Of a stretch of 64,000 bases of DNA, positions 61,060-64,000 are shown one piece after another (position 1 is the first letter of the stretch; each line of letters begins with the position of its first letter). A program made the translations under genes and the position numbers. Under the pieces are notes generated by a model, which was not told the origin of the DNA, ran no database searches, and worked only from the letters and a program-made list of their open reading frames with translations. The stretch lies in the IMG/VR virus record IMGVR_UViG_3300045988_129218. One strand, given 5' to 3'. The DNA comes from a virus.

Positions 61060-62277
61060 ATGGCAAAGCTGAACCTGAACAGCGTTTCCAATGAGGTTTT
61101 CGCCATCAACGGAAACGACCAGCGCGAGGACATCGTGGCCAAGGGCCGCGTGCTGTTTTATGAACACGCCCTGAAGGGCAAGATGGCCATTCTGAGCGCC
61201 AAAGGACAGAACACCCCCGTGCAGCGCACCATGAACGACCGGGGCTACAAGCAGTTGAACGAGCAGTTCCAGCGGGAGAGCCTGCTGTACGCCGCCAAGC
61301 TGGCCTGCGCCAGCACCGGCAAGAAGGCCCCCGAGAGCTGGGAGGAGTTCAAGCGCAATGGCGGTGAGTATTACGGCAACGCCCGGTTCTACGCCGTGCT
61401 GCAGGGCATTTGGCAGGAGGTCATCATCCCCATTCTGCCCGCCGTGTACTCTGAGGCGCTGAGCGACTTCGCCGAGACCGTGGAGATCGAGCTGGGCCAG
61501 ACCTACGCCGTGAGCATCGGCAGCAACGACATCCCCGTTTTCCAGGACTCCAGCTGGGGCGCCAGCCGCAGCGTGCCGCGTAACCGCTTCTATTCCCGCG
61601 ATTACACGCTGAACCCCACCCCCAAGAGCTGCTGGATCACCGCCAAGTGGATGCAGCTGGTGGGCACGAACATGGACTTCGGCGTTTTCTTCGCAAACAT
61701 GGTGGCGGGTATGTACGCCAAGACCATGGGTATGTGGAACGAGGCCATGACCACCGCCACGGAGGACACCAGCCTGATCCCCACCAACCTGAACTTCACC
61801 TTCAACAACCAGAACTGGGTGAAGGGCGCCAACAAGATCGCCGCGCTGAACAACACCACCATCTCCGACGTGTTTGCCACCGGCGGCACCGTGGCCCTGA
61901 GCAAGGTGCTGCCCAACACCGTGACCGGCTCCACCAATGTGAACATGGACGCCGCTATCGCCACGCTGCTGGGCGCCGACTACACCAAGGCCGGCTACCT
62001 GGGCCAGTTCATGGCGGTGCGCCTGATGCCCATGCGGGACGTTATCATCCCCGGCACCCAGAACACCACCGTGGAGACTATGCTCAGCGAGAACGACGTC
62101 TGGATGCTGGCGGGCAACGGCAGAAAGCCGCTGACCATCGGCTACACCAGCGGCACGCCCATCTCCATTGAGATGGATCCCACCCGCACCGGGGATATGG
62201 AAATTGGTCTCAATTTGACCATCTCCCTGGACTCTGTGGCCACGTTCGCGTCCAAGATCGCGCACTTCACCGTGTAA
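61060..62277 (+). CDS. Major capsid protein (by size and position)
   Basis: 405 aa, followed by the hairpin GGGGAAGGGGC-gaaa-GCCCCTCCCC. Confidence 0.6.
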   Translation: MAKLNLNSVSNEVFAINGNDQREDIVAKGRVLFYEHALKGKMAILSAKGQNTPVQRTMNDRGYKQLNEQFQRESLLYAAKLACASTGKKAPESWEEFKRNGGEYYGNARFYAVLQGIWQEVIIPILPAVYSEALSDFAETVEIELGQTYAVSIGSNDIPVFQDSSWGASRSVPRNRFYSRDYTLNPTPKSCWITAKWMQLVGTNMDFGVFFANMVAGMYAKTMGMWNEAMTTATEDTSLIPTNLNFTFNNQNWVKGANKIAALNNTTISDVFATGGTVALSKVLPNTVTGSTNVNMDAAIATLLGADYTKAGYLGQFMAVRLMPMRDVIIPGTQNTTVETMLSENDVWMLAGNGRKPLTIGYTSGTPISIEMDPTRTGDMEIGLNLTISLDSVATFASKIAHFTV

Positions 62278-62321
62278 GGGAAACCACACAGGGGAAGGGG
62301 CGAAAGCCCCTCCCCGAATAT

Positions 62322-62396
62322 GCGGATTTAGTTTAAGTGGGAAAACGGCGGTCTCCAAAACCGCAGTTCGGGGTTCGAGTCCTCGCGTCCGTGCCA
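62322..62396 (+). tRNA. Phage-encoded tRNA-Trp(CCA)
   Basis: GCGGT-CTCCAAA-ACCGC. CGGGG-TTCGAGT-CCTCG. G73, CCA encoded. Acceptor stem has two G.U pairs and a U7.C66 mismatch. Confidence 0.75.
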
Positions 62397-62455
62397 GATG
62401 AAAACGTTGGATCGTTTTCGCCCGAAAGGGAGTTTATGGGGCGGAAGCCCCATAC

Positions 62456-62531
62456 GGAAATGTAGCTCAGTTGGCAGAGCATCTGACTGTTAATCAGAGG
62501 GGCGCAGGTTCAAGCCCTGCCGTTTCCGCCA
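62456..62531 (+). tRNA. Phage-encoded tRNA-Asn(GUU)
   Basis: GGAAATG/CGTTTCC acceptor. TCTGA-CTGTTAA-TCAGA. GCAGG-TTCAAGC-CCTGC. G73, CCA. Confidence 0.85.
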
Positions 62532-62657
62532 TAAGGATGTGCGGCAAAGCCGCGGGTATGCAATGCGCCGACGTGTAAACGGGGCAGCGGTGGGAGCCTT
62601 GACGCATTGCGGCAGATAGGAACAGACCATGAAATGAATCTGAAAGGAGCAGAAAGC

Positions 62658-63497
62658 ATGGGCAAGCAGAAGAAAAGCGGAAACAGACTGGCCGCACAGA
62701 TCGCGGCGGAGGAGAGCGAGGATGAGATGCTCACGGTGCCGACAGAGGATGTGCTGGCGGTTGGCAATGACGGCAGCGAAACGCCGCTGACGGAGCTGGA
62801 GCCGGCGCTGAAGGGCGAAGTCGTGCAGGTGGAAAAGGATGCCGTTGTGCCAGCGCCGGAGACACCGGTGATGTACACCGCCGAGCAGGTGGCGCAGATG
62901 GTGAAGGAAGCCAGCGAGAAAGCCGCTGCCGCCGCAGTGGCGGAAGCGCTGAAGAACATTCCCCAGCAGGCCGCGCCGCAGATCGTGCAGGTGAGCACCA
63001 GCGCGGAGCAGGTACATTTCCTGTGGATGGCGCCGGTGGCGGACGACAACGTGGTGCAGTTCGGTGACGGCGGAATGTACGGAAACATCGTGGGCAAGAC
63101 GGGCAGCTTTTACGTGCCGAAGCCGGACCTGAGCCGCATATTGACGGAGATGAACCGCCGGTTTATGGCGCAGCGGTGGCTGCTGGTGGTAAGCGGACTG
63201 ACGGACGAGGAGCGCGAGGCGCTGGGCGTGGACTACAAGCCGGGTGAGGTACTGGACAAGAGAGCCTTTGCCAAGCTGGTGGAGCTGGGCGACGAGCTGC
63301 TGAACATCTACCCGGCACTGTGCGAGGGACACAAGGTGATGGCGGCGCAGATGTACGCCGACGCCTACCGCCAGAGCAGCCGGTATGTGACGCGAGACCG
63401 CACGGTGAAGCTGAACGCGCTGAGCAAGCGCAAGGGCCACGAGAAGGGCGACTTCATCGCCATTATCGAGGACATGAACGAGAAGGACGCCAAGTAA
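62658..63497 (+). CDS. Hypothetical structural-module protein (279 aa)
   Basis: AAGGAG RBS before the internal ATG. Confidence 0.5.
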   Translation: MGKQKKSGNRLAAQIAAEESEDEMLTVPTEDVLAVGNDGSETPLTELEPALKGEVVQVEKDAVVPAPETPVMYTAEQVAQMVKEASEKAAAAAVAEALKNIPQQAAPQIVQVSTSAEQVHFLWMAPVADDNVVQFGDGGMYGNIVGKTGSFYVPKPDLSRILTEMNRRFMAQRWLLVVSGLTDEEREALGVDYKPGEVLDKRAFAKLVELGDELLNIYPALCEGHKVMAAQMYADAYRQSSRYVTRDRTVKLNALSKRKGHEKGDFIAIIEDMNEKDAK

Positions 63498-63540
63498 GAA
63501 GAAAAGTCCTTGAGCATATAAGCGAAAGGAGGGAACGGCC

Positions 63541-63849
63541 ATGATGCAGGGCGACGCCTATTCGCTGCCCATTGTGCTGCGGCAAGGGGAGCTGCTCATT
63601 ACGCCGGAGATGGTGCAGCAGGTGGAGATCACCATAGTGAACCTGACCCAGACCTACCCCGGCGCGGTGAACTACGACGAGGAGAACGGACAATGGCTGT
63701 TTCCTCTGACGCAGGAGCAGACCTTCGCCTTTAAGGCCGGGAGGACGCTCCCTGTACAGACGCGGATCAAGTTCAACGACGGGAGCGTGGTGGGGGCGAA
63801 GGGAAATACCCTGTTTGTCTGCGAGAGCAGATCCAAAGGGGTGATGTAA
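63541..63849 (+). CDS. Hypothetical protein (102 aa)
   Basis: AAGGAGGGA RBS. Confidence 0.45.
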   Translation: MMQGDAYSLPIVLRQGELLITPEMVQQVEITIVNLTQTYPGAVNYDEENGQWLFPLTQEQTFAFKAGRTLPVQTRIKFNDGSVVGAKGNTLFVCESRSKGVM

Positions 63850-64000
63850 ATGGCACCGCAGCAATTCTCCGTGGGGCAGAACGCAGAAGAGATAGAAGTA
63901 CGCGATATACAGCCGGTAGTAGAGATAGAGCTGCGCGATATACAACCGGTAGTAGAGATAGAGCTGCGCGATATACAACCGGTAGTAGAGATAGAGCTGC
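63850..64000 (+). CDS. ORF with 11-aa tandem repeats (3' partial)
   Basis: ATG 1 nt after the upstream stop. Reads MAPQQFSVGQNAEEIEV(RDIQPVVEIEL)x3... Confidence 0.5.
   Translation, partial: MAPQQFSVGQNAEEIEVRDIQPVVEIELRDIQPVVEIELRDIQPVVEIEL
63901..63999 (+). repeat. 33-bp tandem repeat x3 (continues past the window)
   Basis: CGCGATATACA[G/A]CCGGTAGTAGAGATAGAGCTG. Units 2 and 3 are identical. Confidence 0.9.

Larger units (their letters stand above)
33180..64000. mobile_element. Prophage P2 (left junction to capsid module; continues beyond the window)
   Basis: Order is att-like junction, integrase, CI/Cro switch, recombination, replication, methylases, terminase, portal, capsid. Confidence 0.8.

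Noticed and set aside
63901-63999. CRISPR-like array
   Set aside because: The repeats are directly abutting with no spacers, are 33 nt long and in frame with an ORF. No cas genes are present.
1-64000. Retron, DGR, CRISPR-Cas, restriction-modification pair or toxin-antitoxin pair
   Set aside because: No reverse transcriptase, cas gene, restriction endonuclease partner or recognisable toxin was seen next to the RHH or methylase genes. Absence is judged by eye only.

Overview
High-GC, Firmicutes/Clostridia-type DNA that is almost entirely mobile-element sequence. Three elements sit side by side.

- **P0 (1 to ~7.9 kb):** the tape-measure, tail and XkdX/holin/amidase end of a siphovirus-like prophage, cut by the window start.
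- **X (~7.9 to 33.0 kb):** an integrase-led island with no capsid genes. It carries two copies of an RHH/antirepressor/72-aa module and a cargo block of cysteine desulfurase, HU and a five-member tRNA array. Two of those tRNAs are canonical, one has a T-stem mismatch and two are aberrant. X also has a long leftward operon of unknown function with an orphan N6-methylase, a ~1.1 kb non-coding tract, and a rightward operon. That operon encodes a sigma-region-4-like regulator, a PAPS-reductase-like protein, an N6-methylase, DUF5664-like, ASCH, Lar-like and 3D-domain proteins.
- **P2 (33.2 to 64.0 kb):** a second prophage beginning at a tRNA 3'-fragment junction and an integrase. It runs through the CI/Cro switch, recombination genes (YqaJ exonuclease, RecT, SSB-like), replication genes (replisome organiser, DnaB) and methylases. 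Terminase, portal, protease/scaffold, capsid and two tRNAs follow, and it ends in a repeat-containing ORF cut by the window end.

Most notable observations:
1. recT is split by a 932-nt group-I-intron-like insert carrying a GIY-YIG nuclease. The splice junction can be predicted to the nucleotide.
2. A cytosine-5 methylase has a circularly permuted motif order (IV-X, then I-II). A 4-nt insertion sits right after the catalytic Cys codon, and a G7 tract lies where two protein-like reading frames fork.
3. The tRNA array, desulfurase and HU are embedded in island X and preceded by an island-type promoter motif.
4. An extended motif, cccTTGACAcgg-N4-TAnAcT, recurs at six operon heads in X.
5. Several repeat-dense or strand-skewed non-coding tracts are not explained by the gene calls.

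All calls come from reading the sequence and from remembered family signatures. No searches or folding programs were run.
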